Positions 13,412 to 27,100 are shown, numbered from the whole stretch's first letter. The stretch: 63,218 nt of DNA, filler included, from Intoshia linei (GCA_001642005.1; 6 parts of 6 records of this genome joined end to end with filler, not necessarily neighbours in it); one strand, 5' to 3'. Translations and numbers: made by a program. The notes: generated by a model from the letters alone, not told the origin.

Positions 13412-14987
13412 TTATTTTTTATTAGATAAATACTCAAATATAACTGAAAAATCTCTTTCAGCATTGCCAGTTTTCTCGACAAGCGTCTTATATAGACTAT
13501 GAGATTTACTTGCTAAAGGTGTATCCGTATTAGTCTGTTTGGCAGCCTCCATAGCAAGTGTTAGATCCTTTAATAATTAAAAATGTAACTAAAATAATTA
13601 CAAATATTAAAAAACCTTTAGCATAAGCAATGAAGCAAATCCATCTTTATAATCATGACTGCTAGGAACACTTTGATTTAATCCTGGAAAAGGATTATAT
13701 AATTCACTGCTCCAACATCTACCAGACGAATTGTTTATTATTTTGTATAAAATCGCAGGTTTTATTCCAAGCCTAGAATATAGAGATATGTGATAAATGG
13801 GAATAATTCACTTTTGATTAAAATCTATTAAGAAATGACCGGTTCATGGTGAAACAAATTCTGGGACACCTCATTGAAAGGATTGGCAATAGTGAATATT
13901 AGAATTTTCAATTAAGATTTTATGTGAATACAATTGAATATTGTATATTTTTTTGGTTTAATTAAAAAAGTTCGCCCTTGGCGGAGCTAGCTACTGTTTA
14001 TACGAAGTACAGTCAAGCTAGTGATTATTAAAATGGTAAATTGAACTTTTTTTCGTGAATATGCTATTCCAGATTGAAACATGCTTCAATTAATCGGCAG
14101 GAAAAAACATCTTAGAACCGATTTCTATTAAAATTCAAGGAATATTAATCATTGCCATTATGTAAATAATTATTCAATTCAAATCTATATAATAAACTAA
14201 TATTTTACCTAGTTCCCATTAACATGGCTTCACTTGTACCAATCATTGATATTGCTAATAACATGTTATTAGTCAATTTAGAAGCCATTCCAGTTCCAGT
14301 TGGCCCGCAGTTGATAATATTTTCACCCATGCACTGTAAAATTCTTTTAATGGAATCAATTTCATTGGGATCACCACCAACAAGAAACGTTAATTTTGCG
14401 TTTTTAGCCATAATTGAAGCTCCGGAAACTGGTGAATCCAAATAAACGCAATTATTTTCTCGGGCCTTTTGACTCAATTTAATAGATAGTTCCGGAGATA
14501 TAGTAGAAGTATCGATAAATGTCACATTCGTTGCATGTCTGTTAATTAATATTAATTAATTAATCATTTTTAAAGGCATAAAAATTCTAATAAAATAATG
14601 ATTGTACTTGAGTAAACCCTGCTTGATGTATAAATTTTCAGATTCCTCATTGTCCCGAATCATTGTTATAATATTTTTACACTGAGCCAAATGTTCCACA
14701 TTTATTGCTTTTTCGGCACCTTATTTCAATTTTTTATTTTTATTTCATAAAATATACCAAGTTTAGTCAAGTGTTTGGCTTTTTTTGTGTCAATGTCGTG
14801 AACCAACAATCTTTTATTATTTTTCAATAAATTTTCCGCCATAAAAGTTCCCATTACTCCTAATCCAACAAAGCCAATTGTCCCACGTTCAACTAATAGT
14901 ACAGTATATTTAGTTTATCATCAAACCCGAATAATATCTGCCATTTTTTAATATTTTTTGTAAACTATTCAACAGTTTAGTATTCAT
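13412..14987 (-). CDS. HIBADH: 3-hydroxyisobutyrate dehydrogenase, mitochondrial, multi-exon
   Basis: Spliced 'MNTKLLNSLQKILKNGRYYSVERGTIGFVGLGVMG' (presequence plus Rossmann GxGxMG), 'FIDTSTISP', 'YLDSPVSG', 'KLTNNMLLAISMIGTSEAM', 'SSGRCWSSELYNP', 'DFSVIFEYL'. Confidence 0.95.
13830..14031 (+). mobile_element. Helitron 3'-end fragment in a HIBADH intron
   Basis: ...TACGAAGTACAGTCAAGCTAG|T: subterminal hairpin plus CTAG-T terminus, homologous to 17730-17898. Confidence 0.75.
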
Positions 14988-15461
14988 TTTATCTCCATAT
15001 ATACAAAATATACTTATATTTCATTTTTAAATGATTGTATGCTCAAAATATATACAAAATTTATAAATCAGTTCAAAATTGCTTAATTGGTAAAAACGAG
15101 ACTATACACCGAAAGGTACCCTCGGAGTATGGTAGGTTTGGCTCCAATACTCTAAATCGAATTAATTTTTTTACTAAATTTGTTGTGATTCTAACCATGC
15201 TAATTGATGTGTTTCATTAGTACAATCAGGTCTCTCAATACCGCAATTTTAGTACAGTCTAAAACTTAGACTTTAAGTCCTTATTAACGGAATTTAATTT
15301 TAAATAAAAACCATTAAATAGACGAGTAATAATTTATTTACATGCTATATTTTTATGATTTACAGTTATATATTCCGTTTTAAAATTGAATAAATATTTG
15401 ATATAATGAATAACTTTGGAGCAATGATATATAGTAAATTTTAATATAGAAAATAATCAAA

Positions 15462-16344
15462 TTAAAATCTAATTTTTTTGCGTACACCCAAAATATCTGT
15501 ACTTGTACAATATAGTTTAATATCTTTAGAAAGTTTTTCTTTTTCAGGTGTGCTTGGAATGAAAGTTGATTTAATACTTTTGTTTAAATTATAGATATTT
15601 TTAATATTATCTTCGTCGTCTAAGTTAAATATTAGGATTCTACATTGTAAGGAAAATATATATAAACATAACCTGAAGTTTCGCTATGGAAAGTAAAAGA
15701 TCTAGATCTAACGGCTTCATCAAATTCTGATTCATCTTTTAGGTACATTATAGAGTTTAGTTTGTTGATTTCGTTATCGATACCTAAATTAAATTTAAAA
15801 ATAAATACAAAAAGATATAAATTATTGAAGGTTCAATAAAATGTTCATCAAAGTGAGTGGCTCGCTATAATTTAAAAATTGGAACGTAGAGGGGACCTTT
15901 CAATTCACCAAACATTCTAAAATTTAGAATCTAAGTTTGCTTTCATACAAATAAGTTTTCTATTATTTAACTATACTTTAATTATATGTGTATTTTCCAT
16001 TTCTAAATAAATTTTTATTAGCAATTTTTTTGGAAGGAGCCGCTGCAGAAAAAGTTTGTATGTTCAATTTTTATAACACATTTCTTTCAGTTTCATTAAA
16101 ATTGTGATTAGTTAAATCAAAACTATCACCTAAAGTAAAAATTTTTTCATTCTACTTAACCGTAAAATTAAACATAAGCATATTTGAACTTTAACCACCA
16201 AATGATAAATAGATTAAACTTACTGCGAACAATTGCATTTCTAGGATTAATTTCTCTGAAACTTTGTCTTCTTGAATCGTTTTTAATTCTATTTATATTG
16301 CTCAAATTTATAATTTCAGTGGTAATTTCAGATTCGTCAGTCAT
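15462..16344 (-). CDS. Hypothetical protein, multi-exon, no recognisable domain
   Basis: ATG at 16344 'MTDESEITTEIINLSNINRIKNDSRRQSFRE'; open exons bounded by short GT-AG introns; terminal exon '...STDILGVRKKIRF*'. Internal structure only partly resolved. Confidence 0.5.
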
Positions 16345-16874
16345 TGAAATAGATTAAAATTATTTTAAAATAAAATTTATAATTAAATATTGCGCCAATT
16401 TAATAATGCTATGATTCTCATAAACAATTCAAAATTGTGTATGACTTTATGAATAAAAACAAGATTGTAATATTGTTACCATGAATGTACGTTATCGTAA
16501 TATCGAAAAAATATTCTTGCAGATTGAAAGTTCTGCATCGCATCGTGTTGAGGTGATATGTACGAACAAAACGAAAAATATTAATATATAATTAAAAATG
16601 TTAATGTTTTTAGTATAGTCATTCGTTAACCCTTTCACTGTTTACTGAGAACCACTGGTGGTACTCAGTAAATATATTATATCATTAAATACATTGTGTT
16701 TTGTAAAACTTTATTTATCCTCTTAAAACTTTGTTTTTTTAACCAAGCTTTATAGGGGAGTTTTTAGTTAATTTTTTTTTAGCAAAACTTTATAAGGGGT
16801 TTTTAGGATTTTTTTTTAACCAAGTTTATCGGTTTTATCGAATAAACTAAATAATCATCAAAAAATTATAATGA

Positions 16875-17898
16875 TCATAACTTATATAATATGCTACGCG
16901 ATTTTTATTTGTGTTTGTGTATGTGTGTTCAGCTTTATTTAAATAACTACCCGTCTTAGAATTTTATAAAGTCCACATTTCAATTACAGTTTTTTCCGGG
17001 GTGTTCGCAAACATAATTTCAACATCTCAATTTCACATCTTACGGGCCAAAAACCCCAATTGTCTCTATTTTGGAAAATCAAACAAATTGGAGAATTTAA
17101 AAAAATATATACGCTAATACAGATTTTTAAAGCATTAACATTAGCATAAGTTTAAATTTAAAAAAATTATCTCTTCAGGGCCAAAACTTCAAATTAACTT
17201 ATTTTTTTAAATGAAAACAGCCGTATAATTTCAAAAAATGTACGGGTTGTACAGTTGTATCCTGTTAAGACACACAAAAAATTTCAATCTGAATAAGTGA
17301 CGACATGACGGTCAAAAAAGCATTTTAGTATTGATATTTTTAATTTCAAAATATTTTATTAAAACAAAAAATGTGAAATAATTAACGGTCCGAAAACTAA
17401 AAAAAATATTAATATCTGATAGAGCCTATTCCAGTTAATATAAATACAAAAGTTCAACCCGAGAAATCTACGCATTCCCGATGAAAAATAATATATTTAA
17501 AATTAAAAATGTAAATATTGATCCTACAATTTAAAAAAATGTGCAGTGAACGTCTATACATTTCCAATAAAGAAATATGGGTAAAAATCTATATAATTCA
17601 TTCCTTCGGAATTTTTTTCATTGCTGCGCAATTTTTAAATTTCAAATTCTCATTTTCAAAACAATTTGTTTTACATTAATCAACGAAAACTAAAACAACG
17701 AAATTGAATAAAAAGTAATGTGATATATGGTTCCACCTGAAACAAATTTGGGAACCACTCCTTTAAAGAAATGATAATAGTGAATAGTAGAATTTTTAAG
17801 TTAGATTTTCAACGTAAATTTATTTTTTTGGTATAATAAAAATGTGCCCTCGGCAGAGCTAGGTGCTGTTTGTACGTAATACATAACAGTCAACCTAG
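16875..17898 (+). mobile_element. Near full-length non-autonomous Helitron (about 1.0 kb)
   Basis: 5' A|TC terminus followed by a GT-rich microsatellite-like tract; 3' stem-loop TGTTTGTAC-GTA-ATACATAACA then CTAG; no TIR or TSD; many homologous copies in the window. Confidence 0.8.
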
Positions 17899-17976
17899 AT
17901 AATAATATAAATAACTTGAATGTAAATAATTTATTGTGGTTTAAATTGTATCAAGAAAATTATACATTAACATACA

Positions 17977-20900
17977 TTACTTGTAATTTATATAATGTTT
18001 CAAAATTATTGTGATGTGTTTTGGTTTAACGGTATTTTTTCAATTTTTTATTTCTTCAAATACTTCAGATGTAGACATGGTTGAACTATAGGATTTGTCG
18101 AATTCTGTCATTTGGTGTTGAATGCTCTAAATGTAAATATAAATAATGTTGTAACAATTTAACAAGACAAATCAATTTACTAACTCTTGAAATATATATA
18201 AGAAATCATACACGTATACCGAAAAATTTATAATGCCTTCATTTTAAGTACTAAAAATTAATATTACCGTCTTAGGTCGCCTATTTTGAAAAAATCTTGT
18301 TTTATACATTAAGTTGAGTTTATATTCCAAATTGGGCATCGTTTTAACGCTCATATCCGTAACCAATTTAACATTGGAGCATGTACTGGGTCTATTGAGT
18401 AGTTTTTGTGAGTTATATTGTTCAGATTGTACTCTTATCTACATTTTCATTATGTAATACAAATAATAATATTACTATCTGAGTCTTCATTCGTTCAATC
18501 TGTTTATATGCATTTAGTTTAAGATTTCTTTCAGTATACATTTGTTTTTTGTAGTCTTTAACTTTGCGCTTTGAATCAATGTTTAATAATGTGTTTTGAC
18601 GGGATACACCGTCTGTACTCAAAGTTTTATTTAAATTGAATATTTTCTTTTCCAATTCTTCCATCTAACATTTAAATGAATTTAAGATACGTGTAAACTA
18701 ATATTAATATCTCATTTTTTATATTACGTAAATTTCCTTTTCCTTTCTTCTTTCTCTTTCGACCATCTTGTGAGCATTTATTCTTTGGTTATATTCATGA
18801 TCATAATCCGCTTTAATATTTAACTACAAAATGTATCGATTATATGGATAAATATACTTTTTGTTTATTTTATCTTATTCTTAGTATTATTATTATATAC
18901 TTTGTTCTTCAAGATGTGTTTCAAATTAGCACTATCTGTTTGGCATATGGCATAGGCTTCATGAAGGGCATTTACTTGTTTTTTGTGAATCGATATATCC
19001 GTATTATAAGTTAATTGACAATTTATTAATTTCAAATTAAGAGTTTCAATTTTGTTTTGTAATTTAAATGTCTAAATATTAATTACATCAAATATAAATA
19101 AAACTTGAGTAAAAACTTTATATGTATCTGTACGAATATAACATAGTGGAGTCCACTAACTGGACAGTTACTCTTAGAGTTGGTTAAACCTCTATAAAAA
19201 CATATTTTAGGTGGTTACTTTAGAAAGTATATGTAAATTTACATTTACAACGCTAATTAATTAATTAACCTCTGTCCGAAATTTCTTGCGTTGCTGCAGA
19301 GATTTCCATGAATTTATTATTTTTATTTTAGAATTAAATTTTGACAATTGGGTGTTTTCCTTTTGTAAATATTTATAATAGGAATCTCGGCTATCGAAAC
19401 CATTCATTCTTGGATTTTTTTTAACGTTTGAATCTAATATTAATTTTAATTTAATTTTTTAGGTGTAATTAACAATACTTTCTAATTTATAAAAAAATGA
19501 ATACCGTTTCTTATTTGAGAAATTTTTTCGATTGTTTCGGCTCGTATGTTTTCAATCTCATTTACGACATTTTGCATAATTCCCGTTCTATTAAAAGATG
19601 TAATAATACATTTAAAGTAATAATCGAGTTTATTTAATCTTTTTATCTAACGGAAAAGCTATGTATTATAGCTATGGGAGTTTCAACAAAAATAAAATTT
19701 TTTATATATGCCAATGCATTGGTGTGCAATGCATACTACATTTGTATTTTATTATTATAAATTTATTATAAGGGTATGGAATTTCATACTGTGCATATAC
19801 AAATGTGATTACATTTGAAGAATTATTGAATGGTTACACTGGATTAGCGCGCGAAAATGGCAGAATATTAAACATTTCAATACACATTTTTTATATTTTA
19901 TCAATACTCACAATACTACTGTTTGTATTACCTCATAGAAATAATTTTATGATGCATTTCATATGACAATCCATATAGATTAGTGACCAAGTCATCATAT
20001 TTATTTTTCACTTTTTTTTCAATTACATCTTCCATTTTCATGCAATCAGATTTCAGTGTAATTAGTTCATTTCTTAAAGCACTCATCTAAAAATGAAAAC
20101 TATGTAAAATATATAAATGGTAAAGTAAAAACCTCTGATATTAATTCGTGACATTTATCTGCTACAATATATTTAGATTTAATATCTAAAGATTCTTCCA
20201 TTTCAGATAAATTCTTTTTTAGTTTTTTGTTTTCCTGCATAATAAAATTTTTTAGTTTATTTTTTTTAAATATTACGTAATCTTTTTTTAACAATAGAGT
20301 GCTTTGAGATCGTAATAAATTTTCATAGAATACGGTATACCTAAATAAATATTTTTAATGTTTTTTAGAGTGAATAAAACTTTTAAACATTTTTCTATAT
20401 GGAATTTGAGCTTATTTATGAATTTCGGTTATATTATAATATAGCATTATATTATTTTATGTACTACGTACAAATAAGACCTAGCTCTGCCGAGGGCACA
20501 TTTTTATTATACTTAAAAAATAAAATCATGTTAAAAATCTAACCTAAAAATCCTACTATTATCAATCCTTTAAAGGAGTGATTTCCCAATTTGTTTCAGG
20601 TGGAACCATCATATCACATTACTGTTTACTATAAAATGAATTATTCCATCTTAAATTTTTGTTTGTTAACATTTGAAATGTGGACTTTATAAAATTCTAA
20701 GACTGGTAGTTATTTAAATAAAACTGAAAACACACCCCAACAAAAATCGCGTACCATATTATAAAAGTTAGAATATTAGGGTGTCAACCATATTAAAGAA
20801 TTTAGTGCGCATAGTGTACATTTGGTGTATTATGGTGTACATAACTTGTATAATATTATGGTGTATATAACTTAATCTTAAATTTAACAGCACACCAGTG

Positions 20901-23330
20901 TCAGTAGGCAAAAAACTCTGCGTATCGAACCGATTTTTATACAAAAGATTATTGCATATTTTAAATCATTAAATGTACTATTTTGGATAACTAATATTTT
21001 GTAAATATATAATTAAATATGATGAATCTAATAAAAGTATAAACATTTCAATTATACAATTATCTTTAAAAAAAAAGGGCAAAATTTACAATGGGATAAC
21101 ATTTTTTTTAAAAATTTTTTACACAAATGTTAACAAAATAGATTCAACGTGGAATAATTAATTTTAAATTAAAAGGTTATGTGATCTGACGGGTCCACGT
21201 GTAACAAATTTGAATCACTCTTTTAAATGATTTAAAATAATGAATAGTAGCATTTTTAGGTTAAATTTTCTTATTTAATTTATTTTTCTGGTAGAATAAA
21301 AATGTCTGCCTACGGTAGAGCTAGGATGCTGTTTGTACGAAGTACATAACAGTCAAGCTAGTTGAGAAAATAAAATATAACCCTATAAAAATGTTAAGAA
21401 AAACTAAAACTGAACTTTATTCTTTATTATTAAATGCCAAAATAAAAAAAAATAAATATATTATAAAATTTCAATTACATGTAGTAGTTATGCTTCTCTC
21501 TAGCCATTATTGTATTGTTTAAATTGATACAATTCATTTCTAATTGAGATTTTGAAATTTTTACATATTGCTCATATTCATCATTATTTTCATTTGAATT
21601 GGTATCACAGTTTTTCAATAAATTTTTAAAAAAAGTTTCTGCAATTTCTGGACGACTTAAAGAAAATGTTTCTTGAAATATCTAAATTAAGTGACTATGA
21701 TAGGAAATTAATGTATTATTACTGATTAAATAATAATAATTTAATGTTATATAAATAAATATAATAAAATAAATAATATATGTTAATATAATACAGAGGC
21801 GTCTCTGCTATTCGGCAATTCCGTTATAACTTCAAAAAAATTTAATACTAATGTACATATAATTTTTCGATTTTGGCGAATATTTGAGTTAAAATCTTAA
21901 ATTAATGGGAATTTTCAAATCTAATAAATTACCCACTTTGATTGAAACTTGGACTTTTTTAATAATAAGTAACAATTGATAAAATTGGGTGTACATTAAT
22001 ACCTCACTATAACGATCAATTCGTTCCGAGATCTTGTTCGTTAAGCGGGAGTTTAATTTATATTGACACAATGTATAAACGGTGGTTACGTTTTCGCTGA
22101 GGTGATTTTATGATGTGTATAATATTTATAGATGTTAAATAAGGATAATAAAACAATAATATAGACGTTAAAAATGATTTAATACATCATCAGGGGCAAA
22201 TCCAAGAGGCTAGTTAATAAGGTGTAATTTCAATATCAAGAAATTTTTTTTATGGCGTTTCTTTTAATTTCATTTAAATCTTCTTGGATGAAGTATTGCA
22301 AATTCATTAACCAAACTTTCCATATGAAAATTATAGTCATAGTAGCAATTCATGAGGTCCACTCCACATAGACGATTACCAGTCATTGTTGATCTTAAAA
22401 AGGTTTTCAATCTTCTCAAAATGCTAATGGAGCGTTCACATTCACATGTGGTGATTGCCAATGTTGCAAAAATAATTAATAGTTAATGAATATTTGGAAA
22501 CAAACTAGAATTGCAGCTTTCGATTAATTGTATGATAGTGGTCTTTAAATCAAGTTCTTTTTTTTCTATCTAGTATATTCTGCTTTGAAATCTTCATCTA
22601 ATGATATGCATGATAAAAATAATTCATATTTTTCTGAGAATTTTTTCAAATCTTCATAATGACTCGTTTTAAAATAAGTGGGATGTAGGGAAAATCATTT
22701 CAAAAAAATCTGTTGACCACTGAAAAATCGTAGGCTGAGTTCAGCTAAAATAGAATCAAAAAAAGGAATTGCAATGTTAATTTTAAAAAAGTCTCAATGT
22801 CAAATGCCTATATATTTGCTCTGTAGAGTAGAGTAGTAGATGTAGTCTACATCTATATGTGATCATGTAGAATCTACATCATTATATACATCATATTTAT
22901 CATTAAATAAACACTGTAGATGTGCCATTATGAGCCATATATTGTTTTAATAAATTAAAACCTTTTTCAGTTATTTTACAAAACATTAATTAAATTTTTT
23001 TTTAAAATTTACGGGGCTGCACCTGCACCTTTTGCACCCCCTTGGATCCACCACTGATCATAGAAACAACAGTAAATTATAATAAAAATACACATTAGTT
23101 TGCATTTGGTTACTTTGAAGTAGATGGAGTAGGTATCGCATTTTTTTCTTTATAAAAAACTCATTAATAGTTTTTTGCCTAAAATAACTTTTTCTTTTCA
23201 TTACACTAGACAAGACTGAAAAATACATCTGCATAAAAATAATACCATCTTGTGGATAATCTAACGCTGATTTCAAAGATATATTATATTTATAAATTTT
23301 AGTTCATATAATTCATTTATCAACACTTTT
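17977..23330 (-). CDS. Large coiled-coil protein, 5'-partial, multi-exon (recalls the CCDC162-like family)
   Basis: A series of minus-strand exons with GT-AG ends: 'IFQETFSLSRPEIAE', 'MSALRNELITLKSDCMKMEDVIEKKVKNKYDDLVTNL', 'MEELEKKIFNLNK...ERNLKLNAYKQIERMKTQ'; TAA at 17977-17979. The family assignment is from memory only. Confidence 0.6.
20455..20772 (-). mobile_element. Mini-Helitron (about 320 bp internal-deletion derivative)
   Basis: Joins the 3' block (CTAGCTCTGCCGAGGGCAC) directly to the 5' block (GAAATGTGGACTTTATAAAATTCTAAGAC...AAGTTAGA) of the 16875-17898 element. Confidence 0.75.
21190..21361 (+). mobile_element. Helitron 3'-end fragment
   Basis: TGTTTGTAC-GAA-GTACATAACA hairpin then GTCAAGCTAG|T. 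Confidence 0.75.
22191..23056 (-). mobile_element. Internally deleted hAT transposon (P52rIPK/ZMYM1-type transposase remnant)
   Basis: 'LAITTCECERSISILRRLKTFLRSTMTGNRL...FAILHPRR'; TIR CAGGGGCAAATCCAAG / CTTGGATCCACCACTG. Confidence 0.85.
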
Positions 23331-23560
23331 AATGTTAAAAAAATAATATAACAAAGTTTTACTTCAATTCTAAAATTGACCAATTATATCATTCAAAATA
23401 ATGTTTAAATTAAAAAAGGTGAAGTTTTTTAAGTTTAAATATTTATTTATTGATGTTAAAATGCATGTCTACGAAATAAACGAAACATATTATTGCTTTT
23501 CATGTAGTATATATTTGCCAAACACTAAAAAATGTTACTCTATGACTGATAAATGTAAAA

Positions 23561-23660
23561 NNNNNNNNNNNNNNNNNNNNNNNNNNNNNNNNNNNNNNNN
23601 NNNNTTAATTAATTAANNNNNNNNNNNNNNNNNNNNNNNNNNNNNNNNNNNNNNNNNNNN
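23561..23660. other. Artificial assembly spacer N44-TTAATTAATTAA-N44 (also 28695-28794, 48056-48155, 54964-55063, 61803-61902)
   Basis: Identical 100-nt blocks containing a six-frame stop linker. Confidence 0.98.
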
Positions 23661-24169
23661 AAAAAAATATTATTTAATCCCAAGCCAATGCAGATCTAGC
23701 AATACGTGGACGACATCTCCATTTTCGTACCATTGGTAAGCCTTTGCTTGAGCGGGAACATCACACCTTACACTTTTTATTCGTATTGGTGTTCTAACAC
23801 TCTGAATACAAGCATAACGTTTGAGGTATGATACACAATGTACATGAAGTCATCCTTCAATTGATATGGTCTACCTTGATACACACTGTATTTTTAATCG
23901 TTTTCGAGTAGTCAGCAAAATTATCAAACGATAAAGTGGTAGTTTTTCTGTCATATTCTTCATATGAGTGTTATAAAAGATTACTGTTAGAATATTAAAT
24001 TTCTTATTGCTATTTTAATTTGTAAATAAAGTTACTGCTAAAAGTTGTAAATTTACTGTAATAAAAATTAACTTGATTTAGAAGTTTACTGTTAGTTTAT
24101 CACAATGACTATGGACTCTTATATTAAATTTAAAATAAACTTCATTTAAATTGTTAAACAAAAAAGAAA

Positions 24170-27100
24170 ATGAATATTAATGCAATCTCAAATTTTATGA
24201 AATGTGTTAAATTGGCAAAATTAAACGATAAGATTCCATTTTTTGAGGATGAGGCATATTCGAACAGTTTAAATAATATATACCATTCTGATAATATTAT
24301 TGTTTCAAATATATTTTTAAATTTTTTATTCAAATTCAATGTTTTACAGATTGAATCTGATAATATTTCAGTAAATACAATAGAAGATTTTGCATATGTA
24401 AAAAAGTATACAAATATGGTAAGACATCTTACTTCCATATATGATGTGACTTTTTGGAGTAGATTAACAACTCTTACGGATCCTGCTAAAAAGATTCAAT
24501 ATAAAATAAGATTAACCAAAACCCCTTTCATTTGTACGTCAGCCTGGTGTAAATGTTATGAATTAATATCAAGATTTAATTTTGAATCTGTTTTGATAAA
24601 TTGTGTTAAAAAACATGATAAAATAAATACATGGCATCTGTGTGAAGCCCCAGGCGCCTTTGTATCTGCTATGGGCTATTACTTACAATTAAAAGGTAAA
24701 TAGAAAAAGTCAATACTTTATCATTTTTAGGTTTGCTTCCTTATTGGACTTGGATGGCATCATCGCTGAATCCATATTATCAAACAAAGATTAACGGTGT
24801 TGTTTATGATACGCGTTTGAGTGACATATCTTTCAATAATTGGTTCTATTGCGCTGATGGTAGTGGAAATATTTGTGATTTTGACAATATCAAATCGATA
24901 ATATCTAATGCACATTCGTCTAAATATCCAATCTCCTTGGTACATAATATTAAGTGGTGTATAATATTTGTAGGTAACGGCAGACGGTAGTTTTGATTGT
25001 TCCAAAGATTTTGGAAATCAAGAAATTTCTGTGGTATACTTGAAATTTTGTGAACTCATAACGGCATTACATATACTTGATCAAGAAGGAGTATTTGTTC
25101 AAAAATATTTCACGCTATTTGAAGAAAAAACAAGATCTATTATATTTATAATCCGATATTTTTTTGACCAAGTATATTTTTTTATTAATAAAGGTTAAAC
25201 GAATTTAGGTATTCCTTTGCAAACCGTTAACTAGCAAAAGAGGAAATTCAGAAATTTACGTTATTGCAAAGGGCTATCGTAAACCAAATCCATCCATACT
25301 GGAAAATCTTTTACTCTTAACTAGTAATTATAATTTATCTATTACATTCTCATGATACTACTCCTTGAGATAATATTGGTAAACACATATATAAAGACAA
25401 TCGACCCACTATTACAAGGGGTTATATTTTATATCTGTTTCTCACTTTTTCAAAAATTAGTTATGTTTTTGTATTGGTCTAAAAATTGTTTAACTATTTA
25501 ATGGTTTTTATTTAAAAAAATTAAATTCCGTTAACAAGGATATTATTATGGTGAAATTACATATTAACGGAATTGAAAATTAGTCATTAATTCGTAAATA
25601 AGAACTTAGACCAGTGTTCGTTAAAGTTGGGGCACGACACCTATTGGGTGGCGTGAGATATTTTTAATATTATTTTAAAAAATTGTATTTTATTTTATTT
25701 GAAAATAATTGTGATAGAAGAATAACCGGTTCATAAATATATTTATATTGTACATATTTATATATTAATAATGTTAATAAATATATTAATGGAAATGGAA
25801 GATTGTGTAGTTCGATTCTATGTTAAGTTTATATTTCACACTTTTCAAATGATGGTTATGAAAGAAGAACTCAGACTGAAAAAAACTAGAAAAAAAAATA
25901 AAAAAAACTTCTACTATTTCTACTGAAATAAAACAAGAAAATTCAAATTCTGAAAATAAATTACTGTTAGATTTGTCCTGCGATTGAAACCTACAAAATC
26001 TATTTAATTGTGTAAATCTTGTGAACTTTTGGTTGAAAGTTATAAATGAATATAAGATTTTATCATAAAAAAGACATGGTGTTGTTATTACCATTATCCA
26101 CGTTTTATTTATGTGAAGAACGGGTTTAAAACTCTAGAAATTTTAGAGACGAAAATATAGTAATCGATTATAGGTATAAGATCAACTAATTGTCGCTATA
26201 TCTTTCAATATATGACGCATCGTCATATATTCCTCGTTTTGAATTGATTTGTATAGAAAAATGAGTTGTTGTTCTGTTCAAATTGGTGATATTCAGTATA
26301 TTATTTTATAACAAAGTATTTTATTTCAATTTAATGGAATTGGTAACCAAAAATTCTTTTTTGATTTTTAATAAAATAGTGTATCTACTAATTTTGGTAT
26401 TAATTGGTTGTTAACTTTAAAATCTTATATAAAACATCCAAAGTAGGAGAAAAATGCGATTTATTTAACATGTTTTTATCATTAAAACTTCCATATATAG
26501 AAATAAGTCCAAGTTAATTAATGACAGTTTGTAGAGATTTGTAGGCAAGCCTTTATTTCTAGTATTTATTTCCTGTTATCATGAGTTTCTGAATAATACA
26601 TGACGATGTAATATACATAAAACATTATCAACGGGTCGATATGGACTCCTGGGTCCACATCAGTTTTTTTAGGGTCCTTGAAAAATTTAAATTGTTTACA
26701 GAACTACAATAGTGATTAAAAAAAAATTCTAGAGCTTTTGAGATAAAATTTTTATTAACTAAATTTTTGATTTATATAAATTCGTTAAGAAAAAATAAAT
26801 AATTCAAGATTCTGTTAAAATGGAATTTCCGCTAACAAAAATTCCGTTAATAAGGACTTAGACTGTGCATTAAATAAATAATTTTGAAAATCTGCATAAC
26901 ACTATGCGTGTGCTGAAATTTGAAATTTGTTATCATTTTTATATTTTTCAACTACTGCATATGAAGTATACTTATACTATACTTTTTACTTTTATACTAC
27001 ATATAGTATAACACACATAGTGATAGTAATATTAATAATACCTAAAAATAAAAAATTTGGGTGTATCTATGAAACCATTAATGGTAATCTCGTATTTTTT

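Noticed and set aside
23561-23660. TTAATTAATTAA palindrome within N runs, recurring five times
   Set aside because: Artificial six-frame-stop scaffold linker, not biology. ORFs containing X and any neighbourhood inference across these spacers are unreliable.
23661-23990. GC-richer segment with minus-strand 'VRCDVPAQAKAYQW'
   Set aside because: Could be a decayed transposase or a gene 5' end cut by the spacer. It has stops or frameshifts and no motif strong enough to call.
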